A DNA stretch of 64,000 nt from Candidatus Latescibacterota bacterium (GTDB taxonomy: Bacteria; Latescibacterota; UBA2968; GCA-2709665). Made by a program: the position numbers and the translations under genes. Below, piece by piece: positions 19,602 through 28,528 of this stretch (its first letter is position 1; every line of letters starts with the position of its first letter). The stretch is from contig OZ250150.1 of assembly GCA_965237675.1 (NCBI GenBank), positions 3,648,001 through 3,712,000 on the forward strand, written 5' to 3'. The notes below the pieces were generated by a model. It was not told where the DNA came from. It searched no databases and worked only from the letters and a program-made list of their open reading frames with translations.

Positions 19602-21038
19602 TCAGGTCAGCCTGGGGAAGAGCGGTTGACTCTTCCGGATCACGGGTCTTGAGAAGCTGCTCTCGATTCTCCCGGCGGTTCGTGGAAGAAAGGGTTTCAG
19701 GCTCCATGCTATGGCGTGGACCGACCCGACCCACGCCGAGAGGTGTTGTCTTAACCTCTCGGCTTTTTGTTGTTTCAGAAGTTCCCATGGGCGGGCCGCG
19801 TCGATTTCCCGGTTCAGTTGAGCGATCTGCCGCCAGATGGACCGGAGGGCCGCGGCGAAGTCGAAGCTGTCCCGGACGTCCTTCAGGTCCGGTGAAATGC
19901 GGGTGCGAGGCGTTTCCGCACGACCGTAGCCGGCCTTTTCGCAAAGGGCTTCGAGCCGGCGAACGAGGTTGCCCAGGCCGTTCGCAAGGTCCGAGGTGTA
20001 GACTTCCCGGAGCCGGGCTTCGGAGACGTCTCCGTCCCCTCCGGAGCGGACGGCGCGGAGCAGGTAGTACCGGACGGCGTCAGCGCCGTACCGCTCGATC
20101 AGCGGGAATGGATCGACGGCGTTGTCCAGCGACTTGCCGATCTTGCGGCCCTCTACGGTCAGGTGGCCATGGACGAAGATGGCCCGGGGCAACGGCAGGC
20201 CGGCCGAAAGCAGCAGGGCTGGCCAGTATACCGCGTGGAATTTGAGGATATCCTTGCCGATTACGTGGATCCTGTTGGGGCAGTTGCGCCAGTACCGTTC
20301 GAAATCTTCGAACCTGGAGCCGTAGCCCAGGCCGGTGAGGTAGTTGGTCAGGGCGTCGAACCAGACGTACATGACTTGGGTGGGATCTCCCGGCACAGGC
20401 ACCCCCCAGCCTCCCGAACGTTCCCGATTGCGGGAAATACTGAAGTCGTGCAGGCCCTGCCGGATGAATCCCAGCGCCTCGTTTCGCCGTGTTTCCGGGA
20501 GAATGCGGAGCTTTCCAGACACGATCAGGGCCTCCAGCGGCTTCTGATAGTTGGAAAGACGGAAGAAATAGTTCGTTTCTTCGACGTTCTCGGGTTCGAC
20601 ACCATGTACAGGGCACCGTCCATCCGCCAGGTCCGGTTCCAGATAGAAGTCCTCGCAGCCCACGCAATACAGACCGCGGTACTGTTTGAGGACAATATCC
20701 TCTTGCCGGCAGGCCGTCCAGAATCTGGAAGCGCCGCGGAAGTGGGCGTCGGAGGAGGAGCGGATGAAGCGGTCGGAAGCGATGTCGAGGGCCTCGACAA
20801 GGTTCAGGAAGACAGCGGCGTTCCGATCGCAGAACTGGCGGGGGGCCAGGCCTTCCCTTGCAGCGGCCTGCACGTTCTTGAACGCGTTCTCGTCGGTTCC
20901 GGTCAGGAAAAAGGTGTCGTCGCCCAGGAGCCGGCGCCACCGGGCAATCGCGTCGGCCTGTACGAGTTCCAGAGCAAAGCCCACGTGGGGGCGGGCGTTG
21001 ACGTAGGGGATGGAGGTCGATACATAGAAGGTGTTCAT
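19602..21038 (-). CDS. metG: methionyl-tRNA synthetase, short single-knuckle form with variant signature motifs
   Basis: IPYVN, HVGF (HIGH), TGTDEN, CxxC...CPVH, YVWFDAL, GKDILKFH, KIGKS (KMSKS), DLANGLGNL. Confidence 0.9.
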   Translation of the reverse strand: MNTFYVSTSIPYVNARPHVGFALELVQADAIARWRRLLGDDTFFLTGTDENAFKNVQAAAREGLAPRQFCDRNAAVFLNLVEALDIASDRFIRSSSDAHFRGASRFWTACRQEDIVLKQYRGLYCVGCEDFYLEPDLADGRCPVHGVEPENVEETNYFFRLSNYQKPLEALIVSGKLRILPETRRNEALGFIRQGLHDFSISRNRERSGGWGVPVPGDPTQVMYVWFDALTNYLTGLGYGSRFEDFERYWRNCPNRIHVIGKDILKFHAVYWPALLLSAGLPLPRAIFVHGHLTVEGRKIGKSLDNAVDPFPLIERYGADAVRYYLLRAVRSGGDGDVSEARLREVYTSDLANGLGNLVRRLEALCEKAGYGRAETPRTRISPDLKDVRDSFDFAAALRSIWRQIAQLNREIDAARPWELLKQQKAERLRQHLSAWVGSVHAIAWSLKPFLPRTAGRIESSFSRPVIRKSQPLFPRLT

Positions 21039-21277
21039 GGCAAGTCCTTTCCATTTGCGGACTGAATAAGGATAAAGCGACGCATTTCGGCTCGGAACAG
21101 GACATGCGCATGTAAGAGATACCGCCGGTGCTGTGAGATAAACAGTTGAACATTCGGTTTTCCCCCATAAAATTGGAGCGGTTCAGGCCTTGGGACACCG
21201 TTTCGTCAATTTGCGATCCGGACCCGTGGCGTCAGGCGCGATACGTGGCCAGAAATGAATGAGGACTGTTTTTGCAC

Positions 21278-21314
21278 AAATTAAAACCCACCGCCGATCC
21301 GTCGGCGGTGGGTT
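21278..21314 (-). terminator. intrinsic terminator between leader ORF and metG
   Basis: 13-bp stem AACCCACCGCCGA-CGGA-TCGGCGGTGGGTT followed by TTAATTT on minus strand. Confidence 0.85.
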
Positions 21315-21343
21315 GGTCGATTCAGGTACAGGTGTGATTCAGT

Positions 21344-21502
21344 TCAAGTCAGGGGATGGTCCGCCGCCGAAAACCCGGTAGAAAAGGAGGCCATCATGTA
21401 CATAGATATATCGTCGACACGTGTCGACGGCGTGCCGTTGAAGGCGGGAAAAGCAGACGTGTTCGAACTCGTTGCTTTATTTGGCTTCAGATCCGGCGTC
21501 AT
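21344..21502 (-). CDS. 52-aa small ORF, candidate Met-rich leader peptide
   Basis: SD AGGAG 6 nt before ATG, consensus promoter upstream, terminator downstream; ...DISMYMMASFSTGFSAADHPLT. Confidence 0.55.
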   Translation of the reverse strand: MTPDLKPNKATSSNTSAFPAFNGTPSTRVDDISMYMMASFSTGFSAADHPLT

Positions 21503-21530
21503 GGCAGGCTCCTGTCTTTGCGTTCGCGGA

Positions 21531-21559
21531 AATATAGAATGCTGGGTGGGAAATGTCAA
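21531..21559 (-). promoter_or_regulatory. sigma70-type promoter of leader ORF/metG
   Basis: TTGACA-N17-TATATT on minus strand. Confidence 0.7.
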
Positions 21560-21837
21560 GTCTGCCGATCGCATTTCGGTTTTTCGGCTGGCGCCGCGAT
21601 CGCACAGGTAACCGTTCAATGTCCGTGAATATCGTAGCTATTTGGCATGAGTGTGTTCCCGGCCCATCCGGGTTGCGCCCGTCGCGGGATTTTCATCTTC
21701 CCCTTGTCCTTTTGGCGGGATGGGCTTACATTGTCGCAGATAGGAGACCTGGTGGTCGGCTTGCCAGTTGTCTGGTTTTAAGCCTGTACCAGGTGTGCAT
21801 CGACTTTCGCGAACATTACAAGAATAGGGACTCGGTC

Positions 21838-22887
21838 GTGCTTTACTGGTTGGGGGAGCGTTTCGCGGATATTTACGGGCCTTTTCGGCTGTTAACGTCC
21901 TATCTGTTTCTGGCCGTTCTCGGCACGGCGCTGGCAGGACTGTTTACCTGGCTGCTACTTCCAAGATTGTGGATGCGGTTGCCCAAAGACCGGGGCCGCG
22001 CGTTTGCCGTCGAGAACGAGCAAAGCCACGGCAAGCCCGTTGGCGCGGGCGTTATTTTCATCCCTATCTATCTGGTCGTGTGTTTGCTGATTCTTCCGCC
22101 GGGATCCCAGTACTGGCAGATTCTCGGCTGTGTTTTCCTCGCGATGCTGGCCGGTTTTCTGGACGATCGAAGCCCGGGAGGGTGGGGCGAGTATCGCGTG
22201 GGGGCCATCGACCTGGGCATTTCGTTACTGGGCGCGATGGTCATTTGCCAGTTGGCGTCCGTCGACGTCTGGTTGCCGCTGATGAAGACGCCGGTATCGG
22301 TTCCGCCGTGGATTTTTGTGCCCGGAGCCGCATTGTTGATCTGGGTTTCAATTAATGCCACCAACTGTACCGACGGCGTGGACGGGCTGTCGGGCAGCCT
22401 GAGTGTCATGGCTTTTGTCTATCTGGGCACGATTCTATACGGGATTGTGGGGCACCGGGACATTGCCAGGTATCTACTCGTGCCGCATTATCCGGATGGT
22501 GCGGTCTGGGCGCTGTTTGCATTTACAATGGCCGGATGTCTGGCCGGTTATCTGTGGTACAACGCCTATCCGAGCGCCGTACTGATGGGAGACGCCGGTT
22601 CCCGGCCAATGGGCCTCTTGCTCGGGACGCTGGTTCTGGCCTGCGGCAATCCGTTTCTGATCGTCGTCGTTGCCGGGGTGGTTCTGGTGAATGGGGCTAC
22701 GGGGCTCCTGAAAGTGGCGTTGCTGCGGTTCTTGAAAATCGGGATCTTTAAGACGGTTCGTTATCCGCTGCACGATCATTTTCGGCACAAAAAAGGTTGG
22801 TCGAACACCCATGTGCTTGTGCGGTTTATTCTGCTTCAGGCGTTTGTGACGCCAATTCTGCTGGTTCTGCTGGTCAAGATCCGTTAA
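21838..22887 (+). CDS. mraY: phospho-N-acetylmuramoyl-pentapeptide transferase, outside a dcw cluster
   Basis: GKP.G.G, GFLDD, NATNCTDGVDGL, LWYNAYP..VLMGDAGS, PLHDH; GTG start inferred. Confidence 0.85.
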   Translation: MLYWLGERFADIYGPFRLLTSYLFLAVLGTALAGLFTWLLLPRLWMRLPKDRGRAFAVENEQSHGKPVGAGVIFIPIYLVVCLLILPPGSQYWQILGCVFLAMLAGFLDDRSPGGWGEYRVGAIDLGISLLGAMVICQLASVDVWLPLMKTPVSVPPWIFVPGAALLIWVSINATNCTDGVDGLSGSLSVMAFVYLGTILYGIVGHRDIARYLLVPHYPDGAVWALFAFTMAGCLAGYLWYNAYPSAVLMGDAGSRPMGLLLGTLVLACGNPFLIVVVAGVVLVNGATGLLKVALLRFLKIGIFKTVRYPLHDHFRHKKGWSNTHVLVRFILLQAFVTPILLVLLVKIR

Positions 22888-22920
22888 GGCGCGCGGCGAC
22901 GTGGTGCGTGAGAGGTGTAT

Positions 22921-24279
22921 ATGGACGGAAAAGAGACGTTGAAGCGGAAAATCTGCGAGGCTATCGACCGGCGGCGCGGACAGATTGAGCGGATCGGGGA
23001 CCACATCATGGCCCATCCTGAAACCGGTTTCAAGGAATTCGATACCTCCAGGCTGGCGAAAAGTACCATGGAGGAGTTCGGGATTTCGCCGGAGACCGGG
23101 CTGGGGATTACAGGCGTGAAGGGTACCCTCCGCGGCGCGAGGCCGGGGCCAACGGTGGCCCTGATAGGTGAGCTGGATTCGCTGGTGGTGTCGGATCATC
23201 CGATGGCGAATCCCGAAACAGGAGCCGCCCACGCCTGTGGGCACAACGCACAGGTCGCCGGACTCCTGGGCGCGATGATGGGTATGATCGACAGTGGCTT
23301 GGCCGAATCCCTGGCCGGTAACGTCGTGTTCTTTGCCGTGCCGGCGGAAGAGTACGTCGAGGTCGAGTACCGGATGGGGCTTGTGAAGGAAGAAAAGATT
23401 GAATTCCTGGGAGGGAAACCGGAACTCGTCCGGCTCGGGCATTTCGACGACATCGATATGGCAGCGATGATCCACACGCACAGCGACGCCAACATGAAAA
23501 AGGTGGCGATTTCCGCGTCGTGCAACGGGTGTCTCGTGAAGATGATCCGTTTCATTGGCCGGGCGGCGCACGCCGGTGGGGCCCCACACAACGGGATCAA
23601 CGCATTGAACGCCGCCCAGATCGCTTTGATGGCAATTCACGCGCAGCGGGAGACGTTCCGGGATACAGACTCGATCCGGGTGCATCCGATTATTACCAAA
23701 GGCGGCGATATCGTGAACGTGGTGCCGGCGGAGGTTCGGATCGAGACCTACGTCAGGGGGAAGACCAACGAAGCGATGTTGGACGCCAATGAAAAGGTGG
23801 ACCGGGCGATCCGAGCCGGGGCGATGGCGGTGGGCGCGCGGGTGGAGATCCAAACGCTGCCGGGGTACTTGCCGCTTCGGAACGATCCGGCGTTGAGCGC
23901 GGTATTCGAAGCGAACTCGAAGGCGTTGTTCGGGGACGACGAGTTCTGTGAGGTCTCACATCGAACGGGATCGACGGATATGGGGGATCTATCCCACATC
24001 ATGCCGGCTATCCATCCATATATGTCCGGTGCAGCCGGCGCGGGTCACAGCGCGGAGTGGCATATATCTGATAAGGAAATGGGGTATCTGGCTCCCGCGA
24101 AATCGCTGGCACTGCTGGCGGTCGACCTGTTGTACGGCGACGGAGAAACAGCGAAGGGCCTTCTCCGGGAATTCAAACCGGCGATGTCGAAGGACGAATA
24201 CCTGGCTTTTCAGCGGGGGCTGTTCAAGACGGAGATGTACGACGGGACGCGTGGCGGGGAAAGCAGGAATCAGGATTGA
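22921..24279 (+). CDS. M20 amidohydrolase (AbgB/ACY1L2-like)
   Basis: HPETGFKE, GELD, HACGHN, PAEE, AAHAG, GSTDMGD. Confidence 0.85.
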   Translation: MDGKETLKRKICEAIDRRRGQIERIGDHIMAHPETGFKEFDTSRLAKSTMEEFGISPETGLGITGVKGTLRGARPGPTVALIGELDSLVVSDHPMANPETGAAHACGHNAQVAGLLGAMMGMIDSGLAESLAGNVVFFAVPAEEYVEVEYRMGLVKEEKIEFLGGKPELVRLGHFDDIDMAAMIHTHSDANMKKVAISASCNGCLVKMIRFIGRAAHAGGAPHNGINALNAAQIALMAIHAQRETFRDTDSIRVHPIITKGGDIVNVVPAEVRIETYVRGKTNEAMLDANEKVDRAIRAGAMAVGARVEIQTLPGYLPLRNDPALSAVFEANSKALFGDDEFCEVSHRTGSTDMGDLSHIMPAIHPYMSGAAGAGHSAEWHISDKEMGYLAPAKSLALLAVDLLYGDGETAKGLLREFKPAMSKDEYLAFQRGLFKTEMYDGTRGGESRNQD

Positions 24280-24396
24280 AGGTCTGAAATGGGCGGCGGC
24301 TGAAGCCAGTCGCGGCTGAGGCATCCAGTTCAAATTTGGATACGCGCGGCGGCGAGTCAGGTAGACCGAACTCGCGACGAGGTTCTTTACTTCTGC

Positions 24397-25575
24397 TCAG
24401 ACAACGTTGATCTCGCGCGTGTTGGCGCTCCCGATCCGTTTCGGACCATCCCTCTCGAGTACGGCCAGTTCTTCCACCAGCCAGGACCCCTCCAGAGAGA
24501 GGACGTTTCCCTCCTCGAATACGATTTCAGGAGCGATGCGTTCGTGACCCGTGGGGTAGGCGGAACTCATCCTGGGTTCCTCGTGAACGTCCATTCCCAC
24601 CCCGTGAATCAACCACAGGGGAGCATCCGTTTTTTCGGCGCCGAACTCACGCCGGCAGGCGTCGTAGACTTCCCGTTTGGTTTTTCCGGGACGTACGACG
24701 TCGTACATGAACGCCACGCGTTGGACGTGGGCATTCACGGTTTCAACCGCTTTCAGTGGCGGCTCCTTGAAACACAGGGGAAGTTTAAAGTCGCTTACAT
24801 ATCCCTGGTAGCATATGTTCCAATCAAGGCGGGTTGTCCCGACGTCTCGTGGAGACGCCTGTGGCGCGGGCCATCGGGTAAGACCCTCGGGTTCCCAACC
24901 CATGGCGTCCGGTGTCGGGCCCTGTACGGGCGCCTGGTTGAGGATTGGCGAGTGCTCGAAATCGGTGCAAATGAAGTCGAAGGGGTTGATCTGGTGCGGC
25001 GCCGCTCCCAGGTTCAGGACGGCCCGGGCAACGGCCCGCCCTGCGGCCGACCAGGACTTCGCACGTCGCATTTCGTCGCGGGCGTCCTCGAATGCCTGTT
25101 CGGCAATGTGTACCGCTTTTCGCATACACGCGATTTCTCGTGGGGTTTTCACGGTTCGCGTCCGGACCATCAATGACTCCGCGTCTTCGAACCGGGCATC
25201 GGGCAGGCCATCCTGCAAGGCGAACATCATCCCCGGAGCCAATCCAGCGTCCAGACCGATTCGGCCTCGATGCAGGTTCCGGTTTTTCAGTTGCTCGATC
25301 ACCACGGCAAGATAGTCGTGCAGATAGTCGTCGGTCCCGTAGGTTTCTGCCGGTAGGCCCGGCAGATTCAGGCCACGGGCACCCACGGTAAAGGAGTTGT
25401 CGGGCGGTGCGATCACGCAGAGCATCAATATCCATCCGTCGTTGGTGCTGTTGTACATCGCATCCCTGAAGAGGAGGTTGCTGCGTAGGTACAGGGTGTT
25501 CTTGCGTCCGGCAAGGATCAGGGCATCGATTCCGCTCTCGGCGATCAGCGATTTCAACCTCTGAATATTGGCCAT
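24397..25575 (-). CDS. M24 family (Xaa-Pro peptidase/creatinase-like) protein
   Basis: RTVKTPREI, D....YQGYVSD, HGVGMDVHE, LSLE...EE. Confidence 0.75.
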   Translation of the reverse strand: MANIQRLKSLIAESGIDALILAGRKNTLYLRSNLLFRDAMYNSTNDGWILMLCVIAPPDNSFTVGARGLNLPGLPAETYGTDDYLHDYLAVVIEQLKNRNLHRGRIGLDAGLAPGMMFALQDGLPDARFEDAESLMVRTRTVKTPREIACMRKAVHIAEQAFEDARDEMRRAKSWSAAGRAVARAVLNLGAAPHQINPFDFICTDFEHSPILNQAPVQGPTPDAMGWEPEGLTRWPAPQASPRDVGTTRLDWNICYQGYVSDFKLPLCFKEPPLKAVETVNAHVQRVAFMYDVVRPGKTKREVYDACRREFGAEKTDAPLWLIHGVGMDVHEEPRMSSAYPTGHERIAPEIVFEEGNVLSLEGSWLVEELAVLERDGPKRIGSANTREINVV

Positions 25576-25656
25576 GCTGGTGTCTCCGCATTACCGATTC
25601 TTGTTGTCATGAATCGGTCAGAAGGAAGAGGTAAGAGGTAAGACGGCGCCGCTCGG

Positions 25657-25776
25657 CGCGGGGCCGGTTTTTCCGCGAATTTCCCTAAGGGAAACAACAA
25701 GCGTCATTGCCCTGCGACCGCTTGGAGCGATTCAGAACAACGTTGCTGGACGGAACAGCGCGGAAAACCCCCCCAC
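25657..25776 (-). repeat. ~120-nt structured dispersed repeat, copy 1
   Basis: About 80% identical by eye to 31022-31138 in opposite orientation; long hairpin. Confidence 0.75.
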
Positions 25777-26098
25777 TCCACCGTTGTTGCATTTTGCGTC
25801 CATTTTGGTCGCGTCAAAAGGAACTCGCCGAAGGCAGGGAATTTGGGGAGCAGTGGATGTTGAACAATGTATCCATACAAGGAATTCGAAACAAGCGGTT
25901 TGTGGCCCGAATGCGGCTTCCTTGCGCGCACGTGGGGAATTTTGGGTGGGGATAATATCCATGATTGATTGTCGCATTCCCATCTTGCCAATAGGATCCG
26001 TGGGTGGCGCGTCAGTTGGCGGTTGTGCTGAGAAGCCAGCCACCCGATGGTTGCAGAACGGCGATTGGGGCGCGGGCGTCCGGTAAAGGAGAGAGAGT

Positions 26099-27727
26099 AT
26101 GTCGCATAGGAATGGCGGAAAGATAGGCTGGAATGCTGTCAGCAGTACCGGCGTTGTTGCCGCGGGCGGTGAAGGGGCGGTGGCGGCTGGAATCGGGATC
26201 CTCGACCGGGGCGGGAATGCGGCCGACGCGGCGGCAGGCACCATCCTGGCGCTGAATGTGACCGATCACGGTGCGTGCTCCATCGGCGGCGAGGTTCCCG
26301 TAATGATCTACGATGCGCGCAAACGGGAGGTCAAAACGCTCTCCGGGCAGGGCCGTGCGCCGCTCTCGCGGGAAGCGATTGACTGGTACATGAAAAACGG
26401 CATTCCCGACAAAGACATCAAGATGGCGCCGGTCCCGTCGGTCGTGGATCTGTGTACGACGCTGCTCCGGCGGTATGGTACCAGAACGTTTGAGGAGATT
26501 GTTACGCCGACGCTGGCGATCCTGGATGCCGGGGAGGAGTCCTGGCATCCCAGACTCGCCGTGACGCTGCGCAGGCTGGTCGACGCGGAGCAGGCCGCAC
26601 GCGGCAGCCGGGAGGAGAAATTGACGGCCGCGAGCGACCGCTTCTATGGCCGGAACGGAGCCAGACAGGACGTCGCCGATGAGTTGGAGGCGGATTATAT
26701 CGAAAAGGGTGGTTTCCTCCGCAAAGCAGACCTCGCGGCGCACCGGACGCTGATTGAAGATCCGGTTGTGGTAAACTACAGAGGATACGACGTGTATAAA
26801 TGCGGTCCGTGGACACAGGGGCCCTATCTGTGCCAGGCTCTGCGCCTGCTGGAGGGCTTTGATCTGAAATCCATGGGCCACCTTTCTGCGGATTACGTAC
26901 ATGTGGCAGTCGAAGCGATCAAGCTGGCGATGGCCGACAGGGACGCGTATTACGCGGACCCGGACTTCGTCGCCGTTCCGTTGTCCGAACTGCTGTCGGA
27001 CGCCTATTCCGAAATTCGCCGGCCGCTGATCGATATGGACGAGGCATCCGTGGAAGCCCGTCCCGGCGATCCGTACGGACTGAAGCCACTTGGGGGGAAG
27101 GGTGTATTCGAACCGGGTATCGGCGGTACGACCACCTGTGTGGTCGCGGACCGCTGGGGGAATGTTGTCGCGGCAACGCCGAGCGCGAATGTATACCGTG
27201 GTGAAACACCCCTGGGCGGGCGGACGGGGGTTTCTTACGGGAACCGCTTGAGAAGCCTCAATACGACCCCGGGTCATCCGAACTGTATCCAGCCGGGGAA
27301 GCGTCCGCGTATCACGTTGACCCCGACGCTGGTTTTAAAGGACGGTCAGCCGGTTCTGGCGATCAGCGTCGCGGGCGGAGATTTGCAGGACCAGGCAACG
27401 CTGAATCTGCTTCTGGATTTTATTGAGTTCGACATGCTTCCCGAAGCGGCCGTCACCGCGCCGCGCTTCGCCACGGCGCACCACGAGGACTCGTTCGATC
27501 CCAATCCGGATCGGGCCGCAACGTTTAAATCGGTCGGTTCCCTGTCGATTAGCGACCGTGTCAGCAGGGACGTCCGTGCCGAACTCGCCGGGCGCGGGCA
27601 TCGCGTCGCGTCGAGCGCGTCACCGATCGCGACACCCGTGATGCTCTTCGTGGACCGGGAGAGCGGGCAGTTTCACGCCGCGGGCGACCCCGACGCCGGG
27701 CGTCACGCGGCAGGACTGACGGGATAA
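26099..27727 (+). CDS. gamma-glutamyltransferase family protein
   Basis: GGNAADAA, SIGGE, DRDAYYADP, nucleophile TTT.VVADRWGN, PGKRPR.TLTP. Confidence 0.9.
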   Translation: MSHRNGGKIGWNAVSSTGVVAAGGEGAVAAGIGILDRGGNAADAAAGTILALNVTDHGACSIGGEVPVMIYDARKREVKTLSGQGRAPLSREAIDWYMKNGIPDKDIKMAPVPSVVDLCTTLLRRYGTRTFEEIVTPTLAILDAGEESWHPRLAVTLRRLVDAEQAARGSREEKLTAASDRFYGRNGARQDVADELEADYIEKGGFLRKADLAAHRTLIEDPVVVNYRGYDVYKCGPWTQGPYLCQALRLLEGFDLKSMGHLSADYVHVAVEAIKLAMADRDAYYADPDFVAVPLSELLSDAYSEIRRPLIDMDEASVEARPGDPYGLKPLGGKGVFEPGIGGTTTCVVADRWGNVVAATPSANVYRGETPLGGRTGVSYGNRLRSLNTTPGHPNCIQPGKRPRITLTPTLVLKDGQPVLAISVAGGDLQDQATLNLLLDFIEFDMLPEAAVTAPRFATAHHEDSFDPNPDRAATFKSVGSLSISDRVSRDVRAELAGRGHRVASSASPIATPVMLFVDRESGQFHAAGDPDAGRHAAGLTG

Positions 27728-27819
27728 TATAAATGCAAGAAATACGGCAACACCTGGAAGTGTCGCCTGAATACAGCATGGGCGGCACCGCCGCATTTTC
27801 GGACTCTGTTACAAAACGA

Positions 27820-27850
27820 CGGCCCTGCTGATATTCAATCAGCAGGGCCG
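27820..27850 (-). terminator. hairpin terminator downstream of tRNA-Glu
   Basis: CGGCCCTGCTGAT...ATCAGCAGGGCCG inverted repeat. Confidence 0.65.
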
Positions 27851-27870
27851 ATTCGATTGGCAGACTGATC

Positions 27871-27946
27871 TGGTGACCCCGAGGGGAGTCGAACCCCCGT
27901 TTCCAGGGTGAGAACCTGGTGTCCTAGGCCACTGAACGACGGGGTC
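27871..27946 (-). tRNA. tRNA-Glu (anticodon CTC)
   Basis: Cloverleaf GACCCCG...CCAGG-TTCTCAC-CCTGG...TTCGA...CGGGGTCA-CCA. Confidence 0.95.
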
Positions 27947-27965
27947 ACCCGGTCAAAGCGGCGGA

Positions 27966-27994
27966 AATGTACCAAAAACAGCCGGGTGTGTCAA
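27966..27994 (-). promoter_or_regulatory. sigma70-type promoter of tRNA-Glu
   Basis: TTGACA-N17-TACATT. Confidence 0.65.
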
Positions 27995-28054
27995 GGGAAT
28001 TAAGAATAAAGGAGTTAGACGCCATCTCGGCCCCTGGCGTCAGCTGCCGGACTT

Positions 28055-28426
28055 TCAATCTCGTGGTGGAACGGCGCACAGGAAGCTGAAGGGTTCTTCG
28101 CCCGTGTTCTCGAACTGATGTTGCTCGTTCGGGGGTATGTACACAATATCGCCGGGGCCGATTTCGAACACCTCCCAACCCATCAGAAGGCGGGCGGTGC
28201 CCCTGAGGACGTAGACGCCGTGGTCGTGGTCGTGGCGATCGAAGGAGGTCTGCCCGCCGGGGGCGATTTCGTAGTACCTCATGCCGAAGTTGACGGCGCC
28301 GTCTTTCTTGCCGATCACGACCTGTTTCGTGCCCCCCACGGCCCCGCCTTTGTCGTACGGCTCGACGTTGACGCCTTCCCACGTGTAGCAATCTTCCGTG
28401 CCGGAAAAACGGTGTAACACGCCCAT
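28055..28426 (-). CDS. cupin_2 domain protein
   Basis: MRYYEIAPGG.T..D.HDHDH, PGD.VYIPPNEQHQFEN. Confidence 0.85.
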   Translation of the reverse strand: MGVLHRFSGTEDCYTWEGVNVEPYDKGGAVGGTKQVVIGKKDGAVNFGMRYYEIAPGGQTSFDRHDHDHGVYVLRGTARLLMGWEVFEIGPGDIVYIPPNEQHQFENTGEEPFSFLCAVPPRD

Positions 28427-28528
28427 GGGTATCCCTGGGGGAATCCGTCCCCTTGCAATGCATCCGGATCGGTTTGAGGTCGGAAAACGGGTAAAGCGGC
28501 AAAGCTGGCTATTGGGGTGCCAGGACAC

